Source: Octopus bimaculoides (Eukaryota). From it: a DNA stretch of 64,000 bases. Numbering within the stretch: the stretch's first letter is position 1; every line of letters begins with the position of its first letter. The DNA is taken from positions 31,902,867 through 31,966,866 of the forward strand of contig NC_068987.1 of assembly GCF_001194135.2 (NCBI RefSeq), given 5' to 3'. Made by a program: the position numbers and the translations under genes. The notes beneath the pieces were generated by a model. The model saw nothing but the letters and a program-made list of their open reading frames with translations, ran no database searches and was not told the origin of the DNA. Positions 26,663-39,817 of this stretch are shown in pieces.

Positions 26663-26825
26663 TTTATCCCCCCCCCAGCATCGTTTGCGTTTGCGTCCCC
26701 GTAACTTAGCGGTTCGGTAAAAGAGACCGATAGAATAAGTACTAGGCTTACAAAGAAAAAGCACTGGGGTCGATTTGATCGACTATAAAGGCGGTGCTCC
26801 AGCAAATGACTGAAACAGGTAAAAG
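26495..26825 (+). mobile_element. SINE family A with internal (TG)n
   Basis: Head ggagtggctgtgtggtaagtagcttgc; tail gcggtgctccagca. Confidence 0.8.
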
Positions 26826-26929
26826 TGTAAATGAGTATTTATATATATATATATATACATATATTATATTTATACATATTTATAAACATACATTATATAT
26901 ATAAATATATATAAACACACACATATATA

Positions 26930-27870
26930 TAGGTGGACCTAAGAAGCATCAGAGAGACGATTGCGCTGGTATAGTCATTTGGCGAGAATGGATGAGGATA
27001 GCTGTGTGAAAAAGTGCCACAGCCTAGCGGTTGAGGGTACCTGTGGAAGAGGTAGACCCAGGACGACCTGGGATGAGGTGGTGAAGCACGACCTTCGAAC
27101 ATTAGGCTTCGCTGAGGCAATGACTAGAGACCGAGATCTTTGGAAATATGATGTGCGTGAGAAGACCCGGCAAGACAAGTAAGACCATAACCCGTGGCCT
27201 TTGCCAGGGGTGTAGCTAGCCCACTTATGCGTACCTTTCCTTCTTTGGACATAAATCCCTGCGTGCGAAGGCCTGTTGAGGCAAGTGAAATCGAAATCGA
27301 ACCAAATTCAACGACTGGCACCCATACCAACCTTCCTTCATTGGACTCTAAACTCTGCTTGCGTAGACCTGTTGGGGCAAGTGAAATCGTAACTGAACCA
27401 AATTCGATGACTGGCACCCGCGCTAGTGGATTGCTAACAACACCATCAGAGCGGGATCACTGCCAGAGGAGCTGTCTGGCTTCCGTCGTGCCGGTAGTAC
27501 GTAAAAAGCACCATTTGAGCGTGATCGTTACCAGCGTCACCTTACTGGCACTTGTGCCGGTGGCATGTGAACAAAACATTCGAGCGAGGTCGTTGCCAGC
27601 GCCGCTGGACTGACTCCTGTGCAGATGGCACGTAAAAACACCATTTGAGCGTAGCCGTTGCTAGTACCGCCAGACTGGCTCTCGTGCTGGTGGCACGTAA
27701 AAGAACTCACTACACTCTCAGAGTGGTTGGCGTTAGGAAGGGCATCCAACTGTAGAAACTCTGCCAGATCAGATTGGAGCCTGGTGCAGCCATCTGGTTC
27801 GCCAGTCCTCAGTCAAATCGTCCAACCCATGATAGCATGGAAAGCGGACGTTAAATGATGATGATGATTA
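26930..27870 (+). mobile_element. RTE-clade LINE 3' end (ORF C-terminus plus 3'UTR)
   Basis: RWYSHLARMDEDSCVKKC...GRGRPRTTWDEVVKHDL...DRDLW. The 3'UTR has internal repeats (ggcaagtgaaatcg x2; cgtaaaaa x3) and a (TGA)n tail. Confidence 0.85.
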
Positions 27871-28223
27871 TGATACATATATGTNNNNNNNNNNNNNNNN
27901 NNNNNNNNNNNNNNNNNNNNNNNNNNNNNNNNNNNNNNNNNNNNNNNNNNNNNNNNNNNNNNNNNNNNNNNNNNNNNNNNNNNNNNNNNNNNNNNNNNNN
28001 NNNNNATATATATATATATATATATATAAGCTTTACTGTACGAAAGAATATATCTATAAGTTTTAACCCATTCTGTCAATGAACCGTTTATCTGTGTGTG
28101 TATGAGCACGCGTGTGCAGATGTCTACGTGGGAGTATAATATGAAGCTAGATGGGAGCTACGTAACTTATTTACTATACATTAAATCAGTTCAACACAGC
28201 AATCTGATGTGTGTGTTTGCGTG

Positions 28224-28254
<31 letters not shown>

Positions 28255-28824
28255 GTGTTTATAGGCTTTTAAGCAAATTATTCAGTCTTCTCTATTTTGA
28301 CAATTTAAGTGAAATTATTTCGAGAATATAATTTGTTGAGATTTTACAGAATATAGAAACACAAAATATGAAGTTAACCATATATCTCGTCAGTAAATTG
28401 TTTGAAATATATCTTAACAAAATATGGATGTTTCTATTGAAAATAGAAGCGCAAAATAATGGTTTGATAATCCGAAAATCTAAATTCATTCAAGCAACAA
28501 GTCTTCATAGAAATATAATACTTTTAGTTTTTTTTAATATATTTTCTTGTAGTTTTATAGATTGTTAATTCTCATGAACGCGTAAAAGAGGTGTTAGAAA
28601 ATTATTAATATTTCCATAGGAAAATACATCAGTATTTTCCATAAAAACATTTTTTAAGAGGAAACATTCATGCATTTAAATGATTCCTTCACGAATCTTT
28701 TCAGGCTTTTACTAAGAGGAATTAGGTTCCATATATTTTTCATAAATATTGAGATCAATGTGATAGACTAAAGCACTTGAAGACCCTGAAATAACGCTCC
28801 GGCAATATTTCTAACATATATATG

Positions 28825-29150
28825 GAGGTGAACAGGCAGAGTCATTAGCACACTGGGCAAAATGCTTAGCGATATTTTGTCCGTCTCTACGTTCTGAGTT
28901 CAAATTTTGCCGAGGTTGACTTTGTCTTTCATCCTTTCGGTGTCGATACTGGTAATGGATTTATACATCGAAGAAGTAGGATCTCCCAAGACATATAAAT
29001 AGAGGTAGTCTGGCCGTGGTAGGAGTGTTGAGTAGCAGTCGAGTAGCGGTTAAGTAGAGATCATCCGAAGGGGCTAGATAACAGTAGCTTAAGACATAAC
29101 ATACATCTTCCCCCGGAAATTACTGGCATTGTTTTAACATTTGAAACTAA
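28825..29150 (+). mobile_element. SINE family B interrupted by an unrelated ~160-bp insert
   Basis: Head and body at 28825-28945; tail ccccggaaattactggcattgttttaacatttgaaac at about 29108-29145. Confidence 0.55.
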
Positions 29151-29167
29151 TATTTTTATCGTATGTG

Positions 29168-29280
29168 ATAGTCCCTAGCTATCTATATCTCAGGTAAAAC
29201 TAGCAGATTATTTGTACCTCAAGTGAAATTGCATTATCATTTATATCTACTCCCAGTTTATCTCAACTTATTTCTTTAAA
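29168..29280 (+). repeat. Detached piece of the same ~29-bp satellite
   Basis: atctatatctcaggtaaaactagcagattatt. Confidence 0.55.
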
Positions 29281-29944
29281 ACACGATACTTATTCTCTTG
29301 GTTCTCTTATGCCAACCTGCTTACGAGGACGCAAACAATCCAAAACTTGTTGTCAAGCGGCGTGGAGGGCCAAACACAATCTCTCTCTCTCTCTCTCTCT
29401 CCCTCTCTCTCTCTCTCTCTCCCTCTCTCTCTCTCNNNNNNNNNNNNNNNNNNNNNNNNNNNNNNNNNNNNNNNNNNNNNNNNNNNNNNNNNNNNNNNNN
29501 NNNNNNNNNNNNNNNNNNNNNNNNNNNNNNNNNNNNNNNNNNNNNNNNNNNNNNNNNNNNNNNNNNNNNNNNNNNNNNNNNNNNNNNNNNNNNNNNNNNN
29601 NNNNNNNNNNNNNNNNNNNNNNNNNNNNNNNNNNNNNNNNNNNNNNNNNNNNNNNNNNNNNNNNNNNNNNNNNNNNNNNNNNNNNNNNNNNNNNNNNNNN
29701 NNNNNNNNNNNNNNNNNNNNNNNNNNNNNNNNNNNNNNNNNNNNNNNNNNNNNNNNNNNNNNNNNNNNNNNNNNNNNNNNNNNNNNNNNNNNNNNNNNNN
29801 NNNNNNNNNNNNNNNNNNNNNNNNNNNNNNNNNNNNNNNNNNNNNNNNNNNNNNNNNNNNNNNNNNNNNNNNNNNNNNNNNNNNNNNNNNNNNNNNNNNN
29901 NNNNNNNNNNNNNNNNNNNNNNNNNNNNNNNNNNNNNNNNTATA

Positions 29945-30850
29945 TATAAATGGAACAAAAATGCAATAGAGGACAATAAAACATCCGGAGAGATAGACGA
30001 TACAAAGACGGACAAGAAAGTCAACAAAAAGACGGACAGTAAAAAACAAGGACGGGTCATTCGTAGTTTTCTCTCGTCAGTCAAGTTTCCAAATTATCTT
30101 TACATTTCGGCCTGTTACACTTGAGACTGTTCAAATCTTGCTGGCCGCACAAATCTAAGCTAAGAGCATTAAATATTTTGGGAAAAAGTAAGCGAATGTG
30201 TACGACAACCAAAACAAAAAAAACGACAAATTAAAACGGAGAAAATGTTATACAAATACAAACAACAAGAAAACAACAACAGGTTTCTTTTGACTGATAG
30301 AGATGAATTAAATTGAGTTGGCATGTGTGGAGTGAAGGTCTTGAGGCAGAAACATAGACGAACATAAGAGATGAAAGTCATGATACAGGAATATAAGAGA
30401 TACTTCGTGTACAGCAATCAGGTCAAGAAAGATCATGCTTGGCCGAACACCAGTCACATGGAATGAAAGGAGAGAGGTAGGGGTCAGACGGGTAGAAGAA
30501 TTAGGGGGAAATTGGGAAAGAGAGAATCAAAGGGACATAGAGAAAGCACAAGGGAGATAAACAAGGAGAAGTAGGTAGATTAAAGAAAGAGAAAGTCAAG
30601 AAATGTGAGAGAGAGAGAGGGAGCGAGGAAAGAAAAGAGGAAATAAAGATGAAAGTATGAGGAGGACTAAAAAAAGAGTTAAAATGTCGTAAAGAATTTA
30701 GATACATGCGTACTTACATGGTGAGCAAAAGTGTACATACGCTATATGCATATATAAATATATATGTACATATTTATGTATATATAAATCCCCAAAATGG
30801 AACAAGAACGCAACAGACGACAACAAAACATCCGGACAGATATACGAACA
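29945..30850 (-). mobile_element. Probable decayed Penelope-like remnant with ~50-bp direct repeats
   Basis: aatggaacaa(a/g)aa(t/c)gcaa..aaaacatccgga(g/c)agata at about 29949 and 30796. Minus strand has LCFCLKTFTPH..TQFN, resembling a PLE C-terminus. Confidence 0.35.
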
Positions 30851-30917
30851 GGAAAAACTATATCTGTATATATGGTGCTCCAGCATGAGTGCAGTCAAAT
30901 GACTGAAACAAGTAAAA

Positions 30918-30954
<37 letters not shown>

Positions 30955-31074
30955 AAGGCTATTTGAGGAATTAGGCTCTACGTATTTTACAAACACTGGA
31001 CTTCTTTCAGTTTCCGTCAACCGGAATACACTTAGTAAGCTTTGGTCATCTTAAAACTCCTACATTTTCTCCAT

Positions 31075-33430
31075 CCCAGGTAAAACTGACAACATTAACT
31101 CTGTCTTGGATAACAGTGTTAAATTACAAGTATCTTGAGCAACGTTTTATATCTTAGGTAAGATTGTCTATGAATTATCTTAAAACTTACAGATTATCCA
31201 TAATGTACTCTGATTAACTACCTGATAATCTATTGCGTGAGTAAAATATCAGTTTATATCTTAGGAAACTCTAGTAAATTAACTCTCTAGCACTTCTAGA
31301 TTAACTTTATTTTAGGTAACTTCTCCAATTATTATTATCTTATAATATTATCAAATTATATTTTATGTTAGGTAACACTCTCAGAATATGTAGGTAAGGC
31401 TACAAAATCATCAAATATTTAACACTCGCATATTATCGTTATCTGAATTAAGGCTCCAAGTACTCCCTCTCCACCTCTCTTCCTCACTCCCTCACTCCCT
31501 CTCCTCCTCTTTCTCTCTCTCTCTCTCTTACTCTCTCTTTCTCAGATAACATTCACAGATTATATCAATGTTTGGTGGTTTTCTAAGATTATTTCCAAAC
31601 GAGGAAACACACGATGGTTATCTTTATCTCAAGTAACACGCTCTCAATTATTAAGCAAGGTATTACTTTGTAATACTGCAAAACTATGTCAAATATTTTC
31701 TGTTTGAGGTAAATCACTCAGTCTCGGATACCAGTCGCAGATTATCACAGCTTTTATTACTGGTTTATCATTATTTTAATTAACAATAAAATAAATTTCT
31801 CTATCTAACGTAGGAGTACCATCTCATCTCTGTCTTAGATAAAATTTGCACATACCTTAAGTAACAGTCTTAGAGTACCATTACCTCAGGCAACATTCCC
31901 AGATTATCTCCTTCAAAAATAAAACTCTTAGATTACCGTTATAATTCTTGACACTATGATAATCCCTAGCTTTCGTCGACATTTTGAAATTATCATTCTC
32001 TTAACACTTCCGTAATACATCTATGCTAAGTAACACTTGATTATTGCTGTCTTAAGTAACACACTCATAGATTATTCCAGAATTATCTCAGAGATACTAA
32101 ATTATCTCTTTCTCAGATAATACTCTCAGATAATTGTGTCAGTCTTGGGTTACACTGCCAGAATATTTTTATAAATAGCACTTTTTTATTATCACCATCA
32201 TAGGTAGCAGTTTTAGATAACACTTCCAGACAATAACACCCCGAGATTATCTATAACTCAGACAACATTCCCATATTTCTTTCTCTAGTTACGCTACAAG
32301 ATTATCTATATATTAAGTAATAATCCTAGATTATCTCTATCATAGAAACAGACTTCTATCATCTCTAAAGTAACATGCAGCAATTTTTTTCTGAAGTTAT
32401 ACTGTCATAATGAATCTATAATGCATAATAACCTCATATAATCTGTCTTATTTCTTATTTAGCCAGCTCAGATTAACTCTATATTGTAGGTAACACAGAT
32501 AGATTACCTCCATCTTAGATAACACTAACAGATTATCTATAACTAGTCCTAGATTAATTGCATCATAAGTAATACTCTTAGTTAACAGCCAGATTACCTC
32601 TATATTGATTAACACAATTGGTTTAGTCGCATTTTAAAGTAATTCTCTGATTAAAACTGGCTCATTATCTCCCTCCGTCTTAGGTAACTCTCACAAACTA
32701 ACTCTACCTCAGGTAACAGTTTCAGATGATCTTCGTCAGAGTTAACACTATCGGATTATTACCATCATTGGTGATGGCAATAATCAGGTATGCGCTGTGT
32801 CTAACTTTATTTTTGGTAATAATCCCAGATTATCTATATCTTAGGTAACACTACCAGATAACATTGACATATTGTCTAAATCTTAGGTAACATTGCTAGA
32901 TTATATCTAATTTATGTCACTGTTACCTTATATCTAATTTATGTCACTTTTACTTTTCCGCTGTTACCTCATATATTAAAATGTCGCCCTTTCAAAGCCT
33001 AGCCAGGCTCAGGGGCCTGGTTTCCCGGTTTCTATGGCGTATGTGTTTCCCCCAGTTGGACGGGACGCCAGTCTATCGCAGCGTTACTCAAGAAACAGGA
33101 AAAAAGAGCGAGAGGAAGTTGGGGTATAACAGGGGTCGCCACCACCCCCTGCCGGAGCCTCGTGGAGCTTAAAGTGTTTTCGCTCAATAAACACTCACAA
33201 CGCCCGGTCTGGGAATCGAAACCGCGATCCTCCGACCGCAAGTCCACTGCCCTAACCACTGGGCCATTGCGCCTCCACCTTATATATTACATAACATTAT
33301 TTCTATCTTAATACATCGTTATTGTCTTAATTAACATTACCAGAATATCTCATATCTTAACTAACTTTGTCAGGTTAATTCATATGAAGTAACACGCTAT
33401 CAGATATTCCTCTGCATCTACCGAGATTGA
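31075..33430 (+). repeat. Old degenerate satellite/minisatellite, unit about 29 bp (approx. TCTTAGGTAACACTCCCAGATTATCTATA), interrupted by a SINE
   Basis: Dozens of recurrences of (ct)tag(g/a)taacac and cagattatct; for example cagatta at 32826 and cagataa at 32855 (period 29). Confidence 0.8.
32979..33278 (-). mobile_element. SINE with family C head and body but a different 3' tail
   Basis: 33090-33278 matches 5895-6090. 32980-33085 instead resembles 11290-11360. TSD-like cctcatatatta / ccttatatatta. Confidence 0.75.
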
Positions 33431-34764
33431 GGAAAACTAAAATAATTGTTACAAAATGCAATTATGCCTACGACCGCTGTGAATCTGAACAAAAGATTAA
33501 TGCGCAGGATAGTTCCATACGATGCCCACATGACCAGTTTATATCTACTCATTTTTTTCTATTTATCCATCTCTCCCTCTCGTTTCTCTCCCCCTCTCCC
33601 TCTCTCTATCTCTCTCTTTCTCCCTATCTATCTATCTGTCTGTCTGTCTGTATTTCTCTTTTGTCTCAATAAGATAAAATCGACATAAATTGTAGATATA
33701 GATAAACTTCTAATCACAAAAGGACGAATTTATTTAATTATTGAGACCGTTATTTAGGAGTTTTAGTTGATAGTGTCGATTCTTGTATATTACTGGTGCT
33801 TATATTATCGACCGTTGAAAGATGAACAGCAAATCTTATGCTTATTTTCGCAGAAGGTCAGCAATTTTAAGGAGAAGAGGAACTCGATTATATCGACCCG
33901 GCCCCAGTGCTCAACTGGTAATTAGAGCAGAAAAAATACTGCTGGGCATTTTTTTTCTGGCACGGTAACGTTTTCGCCAGATTCTGAAGAGGACTACCGA
34001 AGCAAAATCATCCCCGGCAGAAGAGCAGGCCATCACCACGAGATATATCGAAAAAAATATTCATAAATCTTGTGTTGGATATTTCCAGAAACAATAAAGC
34101 ATATTGTATTCTACGATGTCTTTCACCAGCTTCACCACATGTCTACTTTGGAGACACAATAACATTATAAAGTTATTCTATATATACTTAACCACAACAT
34201 TTCACATTATTCAAGAAAAAGATCCGGTGTACTTATAGTAACCTCTCCCAATCTTAAAAATAACAATGTGAAAAATATTATGGAACTTTATGATACAGGT
34301 AGATCACCATTTGGAATATAAGCCTGGCATATTTCTCCATGGTAATAAGAATACTAAGTAGCAACATAAGTCTACCAAGTGACTATAATGTTGTACAGAA
34401 GCAATCTAAAAAGTTTTTTTTTAAATAAATAAATAAATAGTTGTTGAATAAATCAGTTAACGAATGAGTCTATCATCACATCTGTAACTGGTACAAGTGG
34501 AGTGATACACAATCCTTTATTCAAGGCCATCGATATATTACCTATAATTTTAAACACGGAACGTCCTTTGAACACTTTTATTAACTTTAGACATTCTCAT
34601 TAACCTTAAATATCGCTGTTGACCTTGGATGCGTACATGACTTTTGTCCAAGTTGTGGCATAATTCTTGTTTTCAGAAAGAAAAACAAGATGACCATACT
34701 TATAAATCTGAACCTGAAAAATTCCCCCTCCTCCATCACCTAATAATGTTTATTCAAATTTCAG

Positions 34765-34778
34765 GTGTTGCAGTACCG
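34765..34778 (+). other. Candidate 14-nt 5'UTR microexon of the elevenin gene
   Basis: tcaaatttcag|GTGTTGCAGTACCG|gtaaga, 265 nt upstream of the acceptor of the ATG-containing exon. Confidence 0.35.
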
Positions 34779-35070
34779 GTAAGACAGTACTTCACTGAAA
34801 AGTTTAAATAAAACAGTCCAGAGTTGTCTTTGCATTTAACGAAGACTTCTACATGTTCCACAGTTAGATTTTTAAACTTTTTATCAAAATATCGTAGTAG
34901 GCTTCCTTCACAAGAATTAATTCATTAATCTTGTACAGGTGTAATTTTAATTAACTTACATTGTTATCACATGTTATCTTCAACTCGACTAAATAATATA
35001 ATTAAACATGAATCTAACATTGCATATTATTGTTTCATTGCAGAAGCAAGTTTACTATAGATCCAGAACA

Positions 35071-35192
35071 ATGTTACAACTGTGCAACAAAACATACCAG
35101 AAGTGTTTGGTATGGACGATTGCAATCCTTCTCCTCACAGTTCATATCAGTGAACAGAGTAGTCCAGGAATGAAGAGGAAAATAGACTGTCG
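35071..35192 (+). CDS. elevenin: Elevenin (L11) neuropeptide precursor, coding exon 1: signal peptide, KR site and start of mature peptide
   Basis: Acceptor tttcattgcag ends at 35043, ATG at 35071. Translation MLQLCNKTYQKCLVWTIAILLLTVHISEQSSPGMKRKIDC plus 'cg', then donor gtaggt at 35193 (phase 2). The hydrophobic core CLVWTIAILLLTVHI fits a signal peptide. Confidence 0.9.
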
Positions 35193-35264
35193 GTAGGTAT
35201 TATATTCTTAAATTTACATAACAGCAACAACAATACAGCCTAAAATTTTGGGTGAGGGTCTATT

Positions 35265-35535
35265 ACAAAGTCGACCGTGGTGGAATTTGAACTCCGAACG
35301 TAAAGCCAGATGAAATGCCGCAAAGCGTTTTGTCCTACCTGCTAACGATTCTACCAGCTCATCGCCTTACTAACAACCATAATAATTTTCTCTACTATAG
35401 GCACAAGGCCTGAAATTTAAGGAAAGGGACTAGTCGATTACATCGACTCTAGTGCTCAACTGGTACTTATTTTATCGACTCCGAAACGATGAAAGGCAAA
35501 ATCGACTTCAACAGAACTTGAACTCATAATGTAAA
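35265..35535 (-). mobile_element. Two adjacent SINE family B fragments just inside elevenin intron 1
   Basis: gtcgacc...ggaatttgaactc...ctaacgattctaccagctc and ggcacaaggcctgaaattt...gatgaaaggcaaa. Confidence 0.7.
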
Positions 35536-35920
35536 GTGCGTCCAACAACAGCAACAACAATGATAGTAATCATTTCTTTGTTATTGGCCCTGATGATCTT
35601 TCATACACACAATTAGAGCACATTATACATAGAAGTTTCAAACGCGAAGGGTAGCCAGAATAAAGGGTTGGAGTGTTATAAAAAGAAATGGCGGTAATGA
35701 GAGCGGCCATGCAGTAAATAATTGGGCATGTTAAAATTTTGATATAAGTTAAAGAGAATAAAAGGATAATTATATAAAACATACAATAATTGAAAATATA
35801 CAAAACAAATATTCATGAAAAACAGGTAAATAAAACGCTGGTGGAAACCCACCAAGCTGGCAAAAAGGTGTGGAAAGAAGCTATAGTTATGAGAAGTCTC
35901 GCTCATTTTAGTAGCTTCTT

Positions 35921-36151
35921 ATTTCTTTATTGTCCACAAGGGGCTAAACATAGAGGGGACAAACAAGGACAGACAAAGGGATTAAGTCGATTACATCGTC
36001 CCCAGTGCATAACTGGTACTTTATTTATCGACCCCGAAAGGATGAAAGGCAAAGTCGACCCCGGCGGAATTTGAACTCAGAACATAACGGCGGACGAAAT
36101 ACCGCTAAGCATTTCGCCCGGCGTGCTAACGTTTCTGCCAGCTCATCGTCT
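35921..36151 (-). mobile_element. Young full-length SINE family B with 18-bp TSD
   Basis: Perfect TSD tcattttagtagcttctt at 35903-35920 and 36152-36169. Confidence 0.85.
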
Positions 36152-36479
36152 TCATTTTAGTAGCTTCTTGCCGCACAGTCAAGCTACACAAAGACTTGCT
36201 ATGCTCTTCCTTGTTTGTTTCTGTACTTGTTGCCCGAGCAAAAACGTGCTGTCCGGCTTAACAACACATTTCTCCCACGTCTTTTATTCTTCAAGTCGAC
36301 CTAAACCTAAATATTCTTTGCGCATAACCTCGCTAGTATTATTGTTTTTAACAAGTTCATTATTTTTTCCCATTTATAATGTTTATTGTATCTGCTTGTT
36401 GTAAGTCTTAGTCTTCTTTTTTCCGTTTGTCTTTTTAAAATCTACGTTATTCACATATTTGTATTGAGGGATGTACCTG

Positions 36480-37330
36480 TTTATATGAGTGGTACCACCA
36501 TTGTGACCACTCCACGATTGACGAAAATGCACGAGATAGCTCCATAAGTGAGCAATACTCAAGCACTGAGCAAGAGGTCAAGAATGATTTCATCATTCTG
36601 TGCACATTTCGGGAAGACTCGGCTCACTGCTTTTCCGTGCTTGTAAACGTTATTTCGAACTAGCGATGCTCTTCGGTAGTACTGCCAGGCCAGGATTTTC
36701 TGGAAATTATCCATGGGCCCAGGATAAAAAATCTACCAAAACAGACCAACCAGTTGATTTTCGTTGACACATAGAGTTTCTTCATGAACGTCATCACCTT
36801 CTCTGCAGAACGCCATTGTAGAATTTATGCCGATCGCATTGTTCGACTGGTAGAAGATTGTGAGCGCTTGATGACATTTCATATGCCAAATGCCCGCTCT
36901 CGATCATCGTTTATCAAGCGACGACATCACACCTGTTCCCCGTCAAGTTAGTACTGAAGCTGTGCATGCTAGCATACTATTAACCACTACATGTCCAGTT
37001 ACCCACATAGTTAGTTTTAACAGCAGATGGACCGTCTGACAAGTGGAAAGCATCTCTTCCACAAAGGCAAGGTGCGGATACTCCAGTGTGACCAGATATG
37101 AACTGAGTCTAGGCACGACGGTCATGCGTAATAGATGACGGTGGCAATCTAGGCTTCCATTACTTCTGCTCGATGCTGCAGGGTCAGCTTCCTTTTGGCC
37201 CATTTGAGAGTGAAACTGACCTCTTTGCTCGTTACCTCGTCCCAGTTTTTGCCAACCTGAAGATCTGGAGCAAACAAGTCCGTGCAGCTCCCTACGTCGC
37301 TGTTAGACAGCATGGATATACCATTCCTTA
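36480..37330 (-). mobile_element. Tx1/L1-clade LINE ORF2 fragment
   Basis: DDVHEETLCVNENQLVGLFW*IFYPGPMDNFQKILAWQYYRRASLVRNNVYKHGKAVSRVFPKCAQNDE, a decayed zinc-binding region. Confidence 0.6.
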
Positions 37331-38519
37331 AGTTTAGCTGCAGGCCCATCAATTTATTTTGATTAATTTTGGCTCTTGTCACCGTCTGTATGTATGTATG
37401 TGTGTATGCCTGTCTGTCTGTCTGTATGTATGTATGTATGTATGCATGCATGTATGTATGTGTTGCTCAGCCTGTACGTCTGAGCAACCGCCACATATAT
37501 AGGACCCTGAGCACCCTGTAAATCTGGTTACTTTTTTTCTTTTGGTGTCGGTATTGCAACTTAATACTGTGAGTATTCTTGGTGTTAATTAAGACGAGAT
37601 GGCTTGTGCGTCATTTTCTTAACTGGAATTTAGCTGTTGATAGGCAATTGGTGTGGTAACTGGCATCGCTCTAAGGGGGTTACGAGACGGCGACAAGAGC
37701 CAAAATTAACCAAAATAGTTGATGGGCCTGTAGCTAGGCACCTGGAAAGTTATATCCAGGCTGTCTAACAATAGTCTATTAATTAGGTGTCTATATATTC
37801 AGTCCCATGTCCTTAATCATTGTTTCTTTCAGGTCGTTCAACAGACATACAGGTTATCTGGGGGGGGGGGGTTCAGAAAACCTCTACTTGAAGGGCTTCC
37901 AGACTCTTTCCTGCTTTTGATCTGGATTCATTCTTTTATTTGCCCCTTTTGTTTCTTTTTATACTCTCTACGAAAATTTCCAACTTTTCAAATATCTCTA
38001 CCCTACTGTAACGTAACAAATTAGTAAAATCGCTACTGCTGATGCTGCCTAAAGCCTCTGGTCGGTCTTATGCTTAAAGGGGAGAGACCTAGATTTCTTG
38101 ATGCCGCTATATCACCTATGGCCTCCTTGCACTAGGAACTCTCAAGACAAGACGATCTCATTTGCTTCAGCTCTGGGTATTTTTAGACATAAGACTCGTG
38201 ATGCGCCTAAAACAGACGCAGCAACAGCCACAGTTTCCACTTTAGTAGCCTAAAATAACCACTGCTTCTACTGCGATATTCCAACCTCTCTTTTTCTTTT
38301 GCTTTCTCTCTTCTAATAAACCTTCCGACTACATATTGCTTTGAGCCACTTCCACTTTGTTAGGTGGAAGAATTTATGCCTTCCGCTTAGAACAAACAGC
38401 GGGCAAAGTTGAAGAAAGCGCTCAAATTCTCAAGCCATGGTGCAATAACGATCCAGCATCCTGATTTTAAGAAAAAGTTCTTAAAAAATCGAGTTAACAG
38501 CAAACTGGGAAGTTTTATC

Positions 38520-39200
38520 TTTTATCTTTTACTTGTTTCAGTCACTTGACTGTGGTCATGCTGGGGCACCGCCTTAAAGAATTTTAGTCGAATGAATCGA
38601 CCACAATACTTAGTCTATTTTCGTAAAAGCGGCGAGCTGGCAGAATCGTTAGCATACCGGGTGAAATGTTTAACGGTATTTCGTCTGCCGGTTACGTTCT
38701 GAGTTCAAATTCGCTGAGGTCGACTTTGCCTTTCATCCTTTCGGGGTCGATTAAATAAGTACCCTTTGTTTGTCCTCTCTATGTTTAGCTCCCTGTGATC
38801 AATAAAGAAACAAGCATTTTCATAAAACATGGTACTTATTCTTTTGCCGGACCGCTAAGTTAAGGCGACATAAAAACACCAACTTTATATTCACTTTATA
38901 TTCTTCAGAATCTGTTAGAGCACATGCAAGCGCTAATATATGATCTATAAAAACATGTGACATATTAATAAAAATCTGTAAATGTACAACCATCCAGATC
39001 TCTGAGTACCTTATTATTTTTTCTAATATATAATATACACGACGGGCCTCTTGCAGTTTCCGTCTACCAAATCCACTCACAGGGCTTTGGTCAACCCGAG
39101 GCTGTAGTAGAAGGCACTTGCCCAAAGTGCCACGCACTGGGACTGAACCCGGAACCAGGTAACTGAGAAGCAAACTTCTTACCACACAATCACACCTATA
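38520..39200 (-). mobile_element. SINE family A interrupted by a family B insertion (38629-38815)
   Basis: Family A tail 38520-38610 resumes at about 38830. The insert is flanked by attttcgtaaaa / attttcataaaa. Confidence 0.75.
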
Positions 39201-39765
39201 CCTATACATTGCGTTTATATAGAACAAGAAATGCCTCAAATATGAAGAATTTAAGAAATCGTGTGAGATACGAAGATGCTAACATACGGTATTTCCTGTA
39301 CTCATAGGATATTGTGAGTTTGTGGAAAGATCGATTGTAACCTATTTAGATGAAATTAAACTTAGGGTAAAGAGTAAGGAAGTGATTCATGAGCTGGGAA
39401 AGTTAGCAGAAACTGCTTCACCATGGATATGACAGATATTTGCAATAGAAAGACCAAAGAAAAGGCGATATCACCAACGAGCAGTAAAACAAGTCAGTTA
39501 CTGCTCGACTGGAGTGGTTATAACAGTGCACAGCTTAATGTAGTGGATGAACAGATAACGAAGGAAAAAGCATGCTACAGTGTGATCCCAAATATTCCGC
39601 ATATTTCCTACTAGAAAAAAATACTGCATTGTTCAGTGGAAAAGACAATGTCGGAAGTTGCCGAAATATTTGTGAAGCAATCGATAACTGATTAAGAGCG
39701 TGAGCGTGGGCCACGTGTTACAAATAAATAAATGTGTTTATATATATATATATATATATATAGAC

Positions 39766-39817
<52 letters not shown>

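Noticed and set aside
31075-33430. CRISPR-like appearance of regularly recurring short motifs
   Set aside because: Repeats are degenerate and contiguous with no unique spacers, there are no cas genes, and the context is eukaryotic; it is a satellite.
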